In this document: positions 24,043-35,263 of the stretch, piece after piece
Layout of the letters: each line of letters opens with the position of its first letter
How positions within the stretch are numbered: the first letter of the stretch is position 1
DNA from: Heterodontus francisci
Taxonomy: Eukaryota
DNA: 64,000 nucleotides
Assembly: GCF_036365525.1 (NCBI RefSeq)
Contig: NC_090395.1
Coordinates: forward strand, 58,417,805-58,481,804
Direction: 5' to 3'
Notes under the pieces: generated by a model
The model's input: only the letters and a program-made list of their open reading frames with translations
Database searches by the model: none
Told to the model about the DNA's origin: nothing
Position numbers and translations under genes: made by a program

Positions 24043-24259
24043 GATGAACGCCTAGTTTTAGTGGAATTTTCTTCAATGGAAATCTGAGTCTGGAACTGAT
24101 CAATCTGCAGTACAACTGCTGAAATTGATTAAAAGCGTTGTCTTCAGTACAGACTAGCTGAGTTTTAAATGGTATACTATGTGACTTAACTTAATGGAAG
24201 TAAAACTGCATTTTGAAATAGAGGGCATATAAAATTCCCTCTAATGATAAATGTATTTT

Positions 24260-24500
24260 TAAATTTGGGTTTTCGCCGGGTGCTCCGGTTTCCTCCCACA
24301 GCCAAAGACTTGCAGGTTGATAGGTAAATTGGCCATAATAAATTGCCCCTAGTGTAGGTAGGGGAATTGAGGGAAGATGGGGATGTGGTAGGACTATGGG
24401 ATTAATGTAGGATTAGTATAAATGGGTGGTTGATGGTTGGCACAGACTCGGTGGGCTGAAGGGCCTGTTTCAGTGCTGTATCTCTAAATAAAATAAAAAA
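24260..24500 (+). mobile_element. HE1/V-SINE-like SINE, 5'-truncated
   Basis: Near-identical to 35022-35263; flanking direct repeat ATAAATGTATTTT at 24247-24259 and 24501-24513. Confidence 0.85.
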
Positions 24501-24899
24501 ATAAATGTATTTTGTTTTGTACAATTTTTTGTTACTTGTGTGAACCAACTGAAAATAATCTGGTCCACTGACCAGTCTTCTCATGAGACCAAATTCTGGT
24601 TGCTGTGAAGTATTTGTGCAGTTTTATTGATTTTGTAAAGAATAATGAGTAATTGGATTGGTGGTGTCGGTGTAGTTCAGGCAACGAAGTGATTTTCATA
24701 ATCTTGTAAATTGCAAATTAAGTCATCTGGCTTTTCTCCTCGTCGAATTGCAATCGTAATCACTCCTAGATGTAACTTACAGCACAAACAGGGCATTTGA
24801 CCCAACTGGTCTATGCAACCTTGGTCAGGAAGGTAGTATAAAACTAAATGAAAGGGCTTATACAAACGCAAAGAACTGTAGAGTCCACGAAGAGATATA

Positions 24900-26530
24900 A
24901 AGAACAGCAATGGGATTTTAAAAAGTAAGAAATGCATAAAGGGGATAAAAGAAAAAATGCAAGGGATACAAAGACAACGCTCAAGGCTTTTACAAATATA
25001 TTGAAAGAGTGACTAAGAGTAATGTGGGGCCCTTAAAGATAGATGCAGGTGATATTGTTATTGAAAATCAGGATAAATGCTTTGTGTTGGTCTCCGCAGG
25101 GGATGAGGATAACCTGCTAGAGATATAAGGAAAACTAGAAATAAATCAAGGGGAGCAACTTTAGAATCAAAAACACAATTTCTAAATTTGTGGATGACAC
25201 CAAATTGGGATGATAGTCAATACTGAAGAGAATGCAACAAATTACAGGAGACATTAATAAACTTTCAGAATGGGCATTTAATTGGTTAAAAATCTCCATT
25301 TAATGACATTTTCTCCAGACTATATTGAAGTGACATTTGCACTATTTCTAAAATATTATTGGACTGCAAACTTGGCTTCTTGTGGAGGCTGAGCCTTTAT
25401 AATCAACACAGATTATGAGGTCGTACATTTTGGTCAGAAGAATAGGGAGGTCGCATTACTTGGAAGGCGTGAGTCTAGGTGGGTTAGTGGAACAAAGGGA
25501 TGAGTACAAAAACACCAATCACTAAAAGGCGCATCACAGGTTAGCAGGGCCATTATTTTTAAAAAGCAGACCAAGCACCAAGCTTTATTTCTAGAAGGAT
25601 AGAATTGAAAAGTAGGGAATTTGTGCTAAACCTGTATCAAACCTTGGTTAGACTATACTTGGAGTACTGCACAGTTCTGGTAGTTATATTATAGAAGGGA
25701 TATAGAGGCACTGGAGATGGTGCAGCGCAGTATTATAAGGGTGATAGCAGAAGTGCATGGGTATACATATCAAAAAAGGATGAATAGGCTAAGTCTTTTT
25801 TTTAAAAAAGGCTGAGGGTTGACATCATAGAGGTCTTTAAAATTATGAAGGGTTTTGATAAAGTGGATATAGAGAGAATGTTTCCACTTGGGAAGGGCAT
25901 AACTAGAGGCTATCAATATAAGATAGTCACTGAGGAATTCAGAAGAAATCACTTTACCCAAAGAGCGGTGAGAATGTGGAACTGGGTGACTGAAGTGAAC
26001 GATATAGGTGCATTTAAGGGGAAGCAAGACAGGCATATGAGGGAGAAGGGAATAGAGTGTTGCAATGATAGATTTAGATGAAGGGGGATGGGAGGAGGCT
26101 CAAGTTGGGTCGAAAGGTCTGTTTCTGTGCCATAACTCCTATGTAAACCAGCTAGTTATAAGTTTAAAGATGTTAATGGAAAAATAATGAAAGAAATAGA
26201 TGAGGAAATTGTAGAAGCTTTTATGATCTTCCAAAACACTCTTGATTCAGAAATTGCCCCCTTGGATTGGGAAATTGCCAAAGTCACTCCATTATTTAAG
26301 AAGGCTAGAAGAAAAAAGCTAGGAAATTAAAGGCCTGCACTGTTGTGAGGAAGTTTTTAGAATCAGTTTTGGGAACAGAGTGACTGAGCACTTGTACAAA
26401 CATGATCTGATCAGGTATGGATTTAGGTCTAATGAACCTATATGAAAGTTTTGAAGTAAGTAACATGGTAGATAAGGGAGAGTCTATGAATGTTGGCTTG
26501 AATGGCTTACTGTTGCTCCTATGCACTATA
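24900..26530 (+). mobile_element. Decayed CR1 LINE fragments
   Basis: KFVDDTKLG remnant near 25183; MKGFDKVDIERMFPL...FTQRAVRMWN (25845-26081); WEIAKVTPLFKK near 26267. Confidence 0.75.
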
Positions 26531-26590
26531 TGGATAATATCCCTGTGATCTGAACAAAAATATCTGGACAGAGATCATGCAATTGACATT

Positions 26591-27595
26591 TACAACAACA
26601 ACTTGTATTTATATAGCACATTTTAACATAAAACATCCCAAGGCACTTCACGGGAGTGTTATAAAGCAAAATTAGACACTGAGCCACATCAGACAATATT
26701 AGGGCAGACAGCCAAAAGCTTGGTCAAAGAGGTAGGTTTTAAGGAGCATCTTAAAGGAAGAAAGAGAGGTAGAGAGTTGGAGAGGTTTGGGGGGCGGGCA
26801 GTAATTCTAGAGCTTTGGGTTTAGGAGCTGAAGGCACAGCCTCCCTGGAGCAACTAAAATTGGGGATGCTCAAGAGGCCAGGATTAGATGAATGCAGATA
26901 TCTGAGGGTTATGGGCCTGGAGGAGATTACAGAGATGGGGAGGAGCAAGGCAATGGAAAAATTTGAAAACCAGGATGAGAATTTTAAAATCAAGGTGTTG
27001 CTTGACTGGGAGCCAATGTCTCCAACAAGCACAGGGGTAATAGATGAATGGGACTTGGTGCAAGTAAAGACATTGGCAGCAGAGTTTTGGATGGCCTCAA
27101 GTTTACAAAGGGTAGAATGTGGGCGACCAGACAGGAGTGCATTGTGATAATCTAGAGGTAATAAAGGCATGAATAAGGGTTTTAGCAGCAGATGAGCTTG
27201 AGGCAGCGGGTGCAGTTGGGCGATATTAGGGAGGTGGAAACAGGCGGTCTTAGTAATGGCACGGATATGTGGTTGGAAGCTCCTCTCGGTTTCAAATATG
27301 ACACCAAGGTTACGAACAGATTGGTTTCGTCTCTCAATTGCCTGGGAGAGGGGTGGAGTTAGTAAGTAGGAATAAGAGTTTAAAGTGGGGACTGAAGACA
27401 ATTGCTGCTCATCCAGTACTGGATGTTTGATAAGTCTGATAATTTAGCAATAGTGGAAGTGTTGAGGGGGGTCATGGTGAAGTAGAGCTGGGTGTCATCA
27501 GCATACATGTGAAAACTAATGCTGTGCTTTTCGGATGATATTGCCGAGAGGCAGCATGTAGGTGAGAAATAGGAGGGGACTAAGGATGAAACCAA
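26591..27595 (-). mobile_element. L2 LINE 3' ~1 kb
   Basis: ORFs FHMYADDTQLY (27380-27595) and VRNLGVIF...LDYHNALL...IQNSAA (26751-27401); L2 tail acaacaacaacttgtatttatatagc. Confidence 0.9.
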
Positions 27596-28034
27596 GTAGA
27601 AATAGACCTCTGCATCCAGTAATATCTGACCATCTCCTCATTTGATTTTATGGTAGGCTGTCAAAAAATAATTACTGAGTACAGAGGAAATGTTGGCTTA
27701 TATGTTGCACTACATTTATTCTGGTGATTTGAGTTTTTATTTACATTGGACAAGTTGAAAAGAGAGAAACAAAATTTGATTGTTTACATCTAACAGAAAA
27801 TCTGGCAAGTGTATTGTTTCATTTGATAACTATGGACCCCAAGGATAATAAGGGTTCCATAACATGTGGTGTAGTATAATAACTTTGATTTTCTAGTATC
27901 TAATTCATATAGTATAGATGTGTAGATGATGAAAAGAAAGATCATATCTTCTAGAAGGTATTGGAAAAGCATGTTATAGAGATGGTACTTCATTGCACAT
28001 TGTCAATAAGTCACATTGTCCTTTCTACAGTACA

Positions 28035-28242
28035 ATGCTGCGTTTACGATGTAAAGCAAAGAATGGAACTCACCTGATGCAAGGGCTGACTTCAGTGTCC
28101 AGTGTCCAAGAGTTGAAAGATAAAGTAGAAGAACTAACTGGCATTCCATGTGCACTGCAGAAAATCATGGTGGGATTTCCTCCATTCTGCCTAGATCTTC
28201 GTAATGGAGAAATGTCTCTCAAAGATTGTCCTGTTAAATCTG
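28035..28242 (+). CDS. YOD1: YOD1/OTU1 deubiquitinase, coding exon 1 (UBX-like domain)
   Basis: MLRLRCKAKNGTHLMQGLTSVSSVQELKDKVEELTGIPCALQKIMVGFPPFCLDLRNGEMSLKDCPVKSG; acceptor ctttctacag at 28030; donor G|GTAAGT at 28242/28243, phase 1. Confidence 0.95.
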
Positions 28243-30149
28243 GTAAGTGTATTGAGGGCAGATTGTGCAGAGGAAGAATGAAAAATCGATGCTGCTTAAA
28301 GTAATTACCTAAAGCCATATACCTGTGAGTGTTACACTATCCAAGAGGAGGATTTTGTGAAAAATCTGAAAGCAGATGCTATACTAATTATACTGATAAA
28401 TAAGGCTCCTAGACCAAAGTCTGAATCTGGTTACTTTTTAGTTTAAAAATAAGCAAAAGTTTTTTTTAATAGCACTTTCCTTTGTACAGTGAGGCTATTT
28501 TTATGAAATCAGATTCTAATTTCCTCCCCTTCCCTTCACATCTTGGGATGTCTATGCTGTTGGGACCGTGCACATAGTATGTGACCAGGCTTGATTGATT
28601 ATAGACTGATGAGCTAGATTTGCAGTAGATTCTTGGTGAACAAGGAGACATTTCATAAAGTCTTATCTTGGAAGTAAGAGTTGTGCTAATTCATTTCTCA
28701 AAAGACAGATAAAATTGGCGTGTCCTATTTGGAAAGAATATGCACTATTTTCTTCCTTCACTTCCTATTTTTATGGTGGAATAAATTTTGCTGTATTGTG
28801 GTTGCTTTGCTAACGAGCTATAATTTCCCTGCCAGTGAACTTTTTTAAATGTGGATGGATTGAATAGGCCAACTGCTTCATATTCCTTCCTACTTGTAGC
28901 CTGATGCAATTTCATTAGCTGCTCACAAGACCAATAAAATGGCTTACTAATCTTCAAACAGAAAAATTAGAAGTTCACAATGGTAATTCAAATAGCTTGT
29001 TTGGTAGGAATGCACATTTGATGAATCTAATGTTCATGTGTCCCATCTTGTGAAACTGCCTTATTCTTGCAAAGAGTGGGTAAGCAGAAATTGGCCTTTT
29101 ACTGATGGCTCCAGAACAGAAGAAATGATTGACTGATTTGCCCTTCCATGCATAGATTATACCGTTGTCTGTTTTGGTCATTCCATGCTACAGAAAGATC
29201 AGACAACACGATCTCAATGATATAATCACTGAAAAAAGGCAATATGACAGTTTAAATCATATGTTGCTTCTGCCACTACCAGAAAAAAGTATCTAACAAG
29301 GCTCTTAAGTTCTGACTATGTATTTGTTGGAAGAATAAGACTGGAATTTGTCCTAAAGATTAACTAGTACCAAGGTCAGACAGCATCTTAGCTCTTGCAG
29401 CTTGATGTTTAAAACCATCCTTCCCAAACTAATGCGATGTTAATTTTCAATGAGATGCCACCAGAGACAAAGCAAAACTTTATATAATATTTTGATATTT
29501 TACTGTTAACACCAAATTCTAGTGAGTTACAGACAAGCCCAAATAGGTTTGTGTGTTTTTGAGCAATTCTCTATCATAGTGCAATTTTTTTTTCAGGTAC
29601 AGAACACAACCAGCAATCTCCAGACAGGCTTTGTTTGCTAGTTACTGATCCAAAAACATGACATAAAATTGTGTTTTCCAGAATTTTGGATGTTTCTGTA
29701 CCTGATTCTTACTGTTGCATGATATTTCATTCAGTTGCCCACTAAGTAAGTAGTGATTTCACTTTTTTGCTTGAATGTTTTATTGCTATTGATGATGACC
29801 CTTAATAAAATTAGATGTTTAATTATGCACACCACAATTTTTACAAACTTGTGGAGTGATGAAAGCTGGACAGTGTCGCCCGCCTTTCTGTCGGCATTGA
29901 TTCAAGCGGGGATGTGGTTCTATAGGTGCTGCTGCCAGTTGGAACCATTCCCAAGTGATATGTCATCATTGTCTGAGAGTCCAGGAAGTGAACACTGGAG
30001 GACATAGTGCATGAGCCTGATCCTTTTGATGTAGACGTGCATTTTCAGCAGAAACTCTATAGTGGCCTGCATTGGAAATCATGGACATCTTGCCCCTTCT
30101 CTGTCTTGTCCCTTCTCCTCTGTCTAGACTGGGATGCAGGTACAATTGT

Positions 30150-30262
30150 CGTCATCCTGACTGAGATTGGTAGACTCAGCACAGACCAGGGATCAAACCT
30201 GGGACTTTCTGATTTGTATGCATCAGTGTCACTCTGAGCAGTGCACTTGTTCATTGAGCCTT
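30150..30262 (-). mobile_element. Old tRNA-derived SINE head in YOD1 intron
   Basis: Minus: ggctcaatgaac...gtcccaggtttgatccctggtctgtgctgag (A/B-box-like). Confidence 0.45.
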
Positions 30263-31717
30263 TGGAGGAGATCATTATCAGTAATTTTCAATAACAAAAG
30301 TAAAAAAAAAACTAGATCCACTAGAGCTACACAACGAAGCATTACTTAATTTTCAGAATTATTAATACAAGTCCTGTAGTATTGCTCTATGATTGGTATA
30401 GCCCAGGCCTGTCTCCGATTACAATTTAACAATAATAAAATAGATCAGCAAAAAAAACTCAAACTCAAGTCAATCCATTTGCAAATGAGAAAGAAAATGG
30501 TGCATGGAGTAGGAATAATTTGAAAATAGTTTGTTTTTTCATTTTTCACCAACACAAAACACAGCAGTGACTGCTGTGTTTTATTTTTGGCACCAGACTG
30601 AAGAAAAGAGGGATAGATTTATACTGATATAAATTAATATTTAATTATTTTTATTTACTGATGTTGAGAACTGACTTTTTGTTTGCCTGGCAGTTGTGTG
30701 GGAGGTAGTCTGAGCCCCAGGCATGGAGGAAGTAGGCAGGAGACAAGGCAAGCTCTGGTGGTTGGGACCAGGCATCTAGAATGTTGGGTGTAATTAGAGT
30801 TTGCAGATGAGACCTTTAACAGCAATCACCTCTCTTAATAATTGTTTCTTGGGATGGCTGTAGGGACTGAAGGTGAAGTTGATGGGAAAATGTCAAAATT
30901 ATAATTTTTGTTGTAGAATGTGATTGGTGAAATAGGGAGTGTAATTTAAAAAAAATTGTGAAAAGATTTCTGTGTGGCTCTATTCTGTACTGGATAACAA
31001 CAAATCTAAACCCATTTATATTGCAAGGTTCATAGTAAGACTGAGCAAGTACTACATGAGTTGTTTTTCAGGCTGTGGATTTATTTTTGTGGTAGCTTCA
31101 ACCAAGATGAGTGTGGAGATGTCACAATTCCCGTATCTTTTTATTCCTGGAGAAATTTTTTGCACATTGTAACTGTCTGGCTTTGTTCCTTTGTACTATT
31201 AAGTGTGATGCAAGAATATGTTTGCCAGTGTGTGACACTTGAAGTGTAATTAACAAACAAGTGCAGACATGCATCTAAAGATATATCAATAGTGGATATG
31301 TAACTGTAAGATAGACTAGGTTGTGTGAACCATGTTAAATATCCCAATTCCTTGCAAACATTTCTGAATTACAAAAATCTGTTTTAAATAGTCACTAGAA
31401 TTTTGCATATTTTGCTTGATGCCAATACGCACAAACTGTCATAATCGTCACAAGTAGATTTTAGAGAGCTACATTATTTGAGTGTATGCATGGCCATTTA
31501 AAAGATTCTCTTGTTGATGCAATTTTTTAAATAAGTCTCTCATTAAATTAAATTTTTTCTGTGCATATGTGTATTTTCTATTTTTGTGTAAATGGTCAGT
31601 ATTAAGCTCATGTTTGTGACTCCTTTTAATTATTTAATGATAATAACTCTTGAATTTGTTCTAAAGTAAGCTAGTTCGGTTGCATTAAAAGTATCAGTAT
31701 GTTTGTTTTTCTTGCAG

Positions 31718-32421
31718 GAGATACTTTGATTGTGGAAGAGGAAAGGGATGCATTGAAGACCAAAGCATCTGTGTCAAAGTTTGGTGCTAAAAGTTCCGAT
31801 AAGGATACTTTCCAACAGCTGACCCGGCATGTTGTCCCTGCAGATAATTCATGTCTCTTCAGGAGCATCCACTATGTGGTAGAAGGAGGTATTTGTGAGC
31901 CAAACTGTGCTCCAGAAATGCGAAACCTGATAGCACAAATTGTGGAAAGTGACTCTGATACATACACAGAAGCTGTGCTGGGAAAAAGTAATTGGGATTA
32001 CTGCAATTGGATTCGACAGAATGACACGTGGGGAGGAGCCATTGAAATCTCTATTCTATCCAAGTTTTACCAGTGTGAGATCTGTGTAGTGGACACACAA
32101 ACTGTCCGAGTCGACAGGTTTGGAGAGGATATAGGCTACACAAAGCGTGTCCTCCTGATTTATGATGGGATCCATTATGATCCATTAGAACAACAGTTTG
32201 AAGATCCTGAAACACCCCCACAAACCATCTTCTCTACAGCTGATGATGTTGTGCTTGCTCTGGCACTGGAGTTGGCAGACGAAGCTAGAAAGAAACGACA
32301 ATTTACTGATCTGAATAGATTCACATTGCGATGTGTAATCTGCCAAAAGGGGCTGGTGGGTCAGGTAGAGGCTAAGGAGCATGCTAAAGAGACTGGACAC
32401 ACCAACTTTGGGGAGGTGTGA
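31718..32421 (+). CDS. YOD1: YOD1/OTU1 deubiquitinase, coding exon 2 (OTU catalytic domain + C2H2 zinc finger)
   Basis: Acceptor tttttcttgcag at 31717, phase 1 matching exon 1; spliced product 303 aa. OTU motifs VPADNSCLF (catalytic Cys115), WGGAIE, YDGIHYD; zinc finger CVIC...EHAKETGH; end TNFGEV*. Confidence 0.97.
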
Positions 32422-33299
32422 TGGCCAGAATAATGTTATCTACCTCACATTCCTAGAATGTACTGGAATTATTGATCTCTAGGAATGAAATGGAATTTTA
32501 AGGGTTTCTTTCACGCTGAGATGATTAAACCATGAGCTGATCAAATTGTTGGTTGTTTGAAAAGGTTAGCCCTCATTCTTGAATTCCTGTTTACATAGTA
32601 GGAATTGCATTAGACTTCTCTCATTCTAGTTTACTATATTTAACAAAAGGTTTATGTTTTAATAGTTGTAAAAGTTAAACTCCCAAGTGTGATAGCCTTT
32701 AAAATTACTTTACCCAACAAATAGTATTAGGTGCCTGAGAATTATGGATACTAATATGTAGATTGCCAATGGTTTCTGAGTCTGACATTTGGGTTGTTTT
32801 TTTTTCCTTACACGTATCTAAATACATGGGCAAGCGTCATACATATTTGGAAAGTCTTTTATTTCAGAATAACTCTAGAAAAATGAGCTATGTGCCTATA
32901 TACTTTTAAATTGTTGTGAATATTCATTTTAGAGGAGTCTTAAGATTTAAAGTAGTTCCATTGCTCCAAGGGGATGCCTTTTTGTAATTTAACAACTGTT
33001 TTGTGATCAGCTCATGGAAATCACAGGCGCATCCTTGGACCTTAATCCTGACTTGTGTCGACAAGCTCTGGTGTACTTGTAATCTTTTTTAAAAATTCTT
33101 CATTCCTTTGAATCATCGCTATTATTTAGGCATTCTCCTAATAACTTGCACTCCTAGCAAAAAAGGAGCTTCCATGGGCAGGCCGAAAATCCTATCAACA
33201 GAAATCTGCACTCTTTATATGTATAATGGGATAATGTATCGCAGGGCTAACAATTATCCCCTTAACCACAGTTTAATGCAACTGAGACCTCATAAGATG

Positions 33300-33604
33300 T
33301 AAAGGCCTGCCCGGGGTCTGCAATTGAAACCCGACCCAACCCGAGTCCTTTGATTTTTTTTTTCCCTGCACCTAAACCACCGGAAGGAAGTTGATTTATA
33401 TTAAAGAGGTTGTGCTCTACCTTGGATGGAATCACTCACTGCAGACTAGTGCGGAGTCCGGATGCACGTTTACCGCCTTGACGTCCTGGCTGTCACTGTG
33501 TCCAACCCAACCCGACCCAAGCCCGAATGCCAGACCCGAAAGAGCGAGCCGACCTGAACCCGACATGTCGTCTGGTTCGGTTTGGGTCGGGTAGCCATGC
33601 TGTA
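33300..33604. mobile_element. hAT-like MITE with CCCGA subterminal repeats
   Basis: 8-bp TSD ATAAGATG (33292-33299) / ATAAGATA (33605-33612); degenerate TA...TA inverted ends; many CCCGA motifs that invert to TCGGG near the right end. Confidence 0.7.
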
Positions 33605-34492
33605 ATAAGATACTCACCGCATTATTTCAACTACTTTAAAACACAATAGATATTATACTGTCAGCCTGCTACATTCATTTATTTACAATTATGATTGTAT
33701 AGAAGCAGAAAGACTATCTACTGACTGTATAGGTACTTTAAATTAATGAAAGTAGGATCAGTCCAAATAAGTTAAAATATCTGAATCTCGAAGAAAGCAG
33801 CCTTTTACTGATTTCCCAATGTGAAGTTTGTACATGGGCAGTGAGATTCTTATGTTCCCATTTGAAGCTCATGTACCAGTTCTCAAAGTTAAACTGAAGG
33901 TACGACAAAAAGCAGGTTTGTAGATGTCCCAGTCCAGAAGCCTCAAAGAGTTGCTAATCAAGTTCAAATACACAATGGTGCCTCCTATGCATGGAATTAT
34001 TTGACAAACTGAATATGTATTAATACTTTTTCTATGTGTAATTTGATTAGCACTTGGGCCAAATCTTGTGATCCTGATTGATTAACAAAGTTAAGATCTT
34101 GCCAGCATCATGTTGACTGCTAGGCTTTGGTCTCCATCTTAAAGATTATTAAGGAAAAATGGCTTAAATTATGGATGAATCAAGACAATTTTATTTATTG
34201 GTCATTCCCAAACATAATCGAAGAAATGCTTTAGAAAGTTATATCTAAAGCTAACTTTTAATTCACATTTACTCTAACATAGTGAAAATGTTCTAATTGG
34301 TGCAGGACTAAACTCTTTTAAACACAATCATGATATCTTGTACATAGTATACATGCACATGAAAGAAATATCAGCATTGTGCCATTTGAATGCTTGTAGG
34401 TCTTTTAATATTTGTGGGTTTGTTTTTAAAGTATTTTGCATGACTCAAATGCATGGTGAAACTTCAGTGATATAGCAAACTCAAACTTTATG

Positions 34493-34582
34493 AAATAAAA
34501 ACAGAAAATGCTGGAAATACTCAGCAGGTCGGGCAGCATCTGTGGAGAGAGAAACAGAGTCAATGACCTTTTCATTAGAACT
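34493..34582 (-). mobile_element. Penelope-like terminal fragment
   Basis: aaacagaaaatgctggaaatactcagcaggtcgggcagcatctgtggagagagaaacagagt, the reverse complement of the 3283-3428 repeat. Confidence 0.55.
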
Positions 34583-34918
34583 ACTTTGTGATGTTACAAT
34601 TCTGCCTTATCTGTCAAATTTTAAGCCATTTTCATTTTTTAAACTCTGTTTACAATTTAGTCTGGTAATTTAAGTTGAGTCACCGCAAATGAACAAATAA
34701 ATCAGGTGTGATATAGACAGTTGTCCAGCCAGCATATGGATGAGTGCAATTAGCTGTTTTTGTTGTGCCGTCTTTTATTATTACAAGGTCTGCAATACTT
34801 TTTTTTTGTATCGCGCATGGAAATTTAGCATTTGTATTGCTAAGTATATGAAAACTATGTTACAAAAATTGTAAATGCATCAACATGCCAAATATGACCA
34901 TTTCATAGTAGAGGGTTA

Positions 34919-35263
34919 GGGGCGGTGCAGTGGTTAGCACCGCAGCCTTACAGCTCCAGCGACCCGGGTTCAGTTCTGGGTACTGTCTGTGCGGAGTTTG
35001 CAAGTTCTCCCTGTGACCGCGTGGGTTTCCGCCGGGTGCTCCAGTTTCCTCCCACATTCAAAGACTTGCAGGTTGATAGGTAAATTGGCCATTGTAAATT
35101 GCCCCTAGTGTAGGTAGGTGGTAGGAGAATGGTGGGGATGTGATGGGGAATATGGGGTTAATGTAGGATTAGTATAAATGGGTGGTTGTTGGTCAGCACA
35201 GACTCGGTGGGCCGAAGGGCCTGTTTCAGTGCTGTATCTCTAAATTAAATTAAATAAAATAAA
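34919..35263 (+). mobile_element. HE1/V-SINE-like SINE, full length
   Basis: tRNA head (gcagtggttagc...gggttcagttc), V-domain ggagtttgca...tgggtttcc...gggtgctcc...tttcctcccac, CR1-like tail gggccgaagggcctgtttcagtgctgtatctc(taaat)n. Confidence 0.9.

Noticed and set aside
27993-28304. ORF-track start at 27993 and read-through to 28304; likewise the start at 31699
   Set aside because: These extensions lie in introns beyond canonical splice sites; YOD1 similarity covers only the spliced exons.
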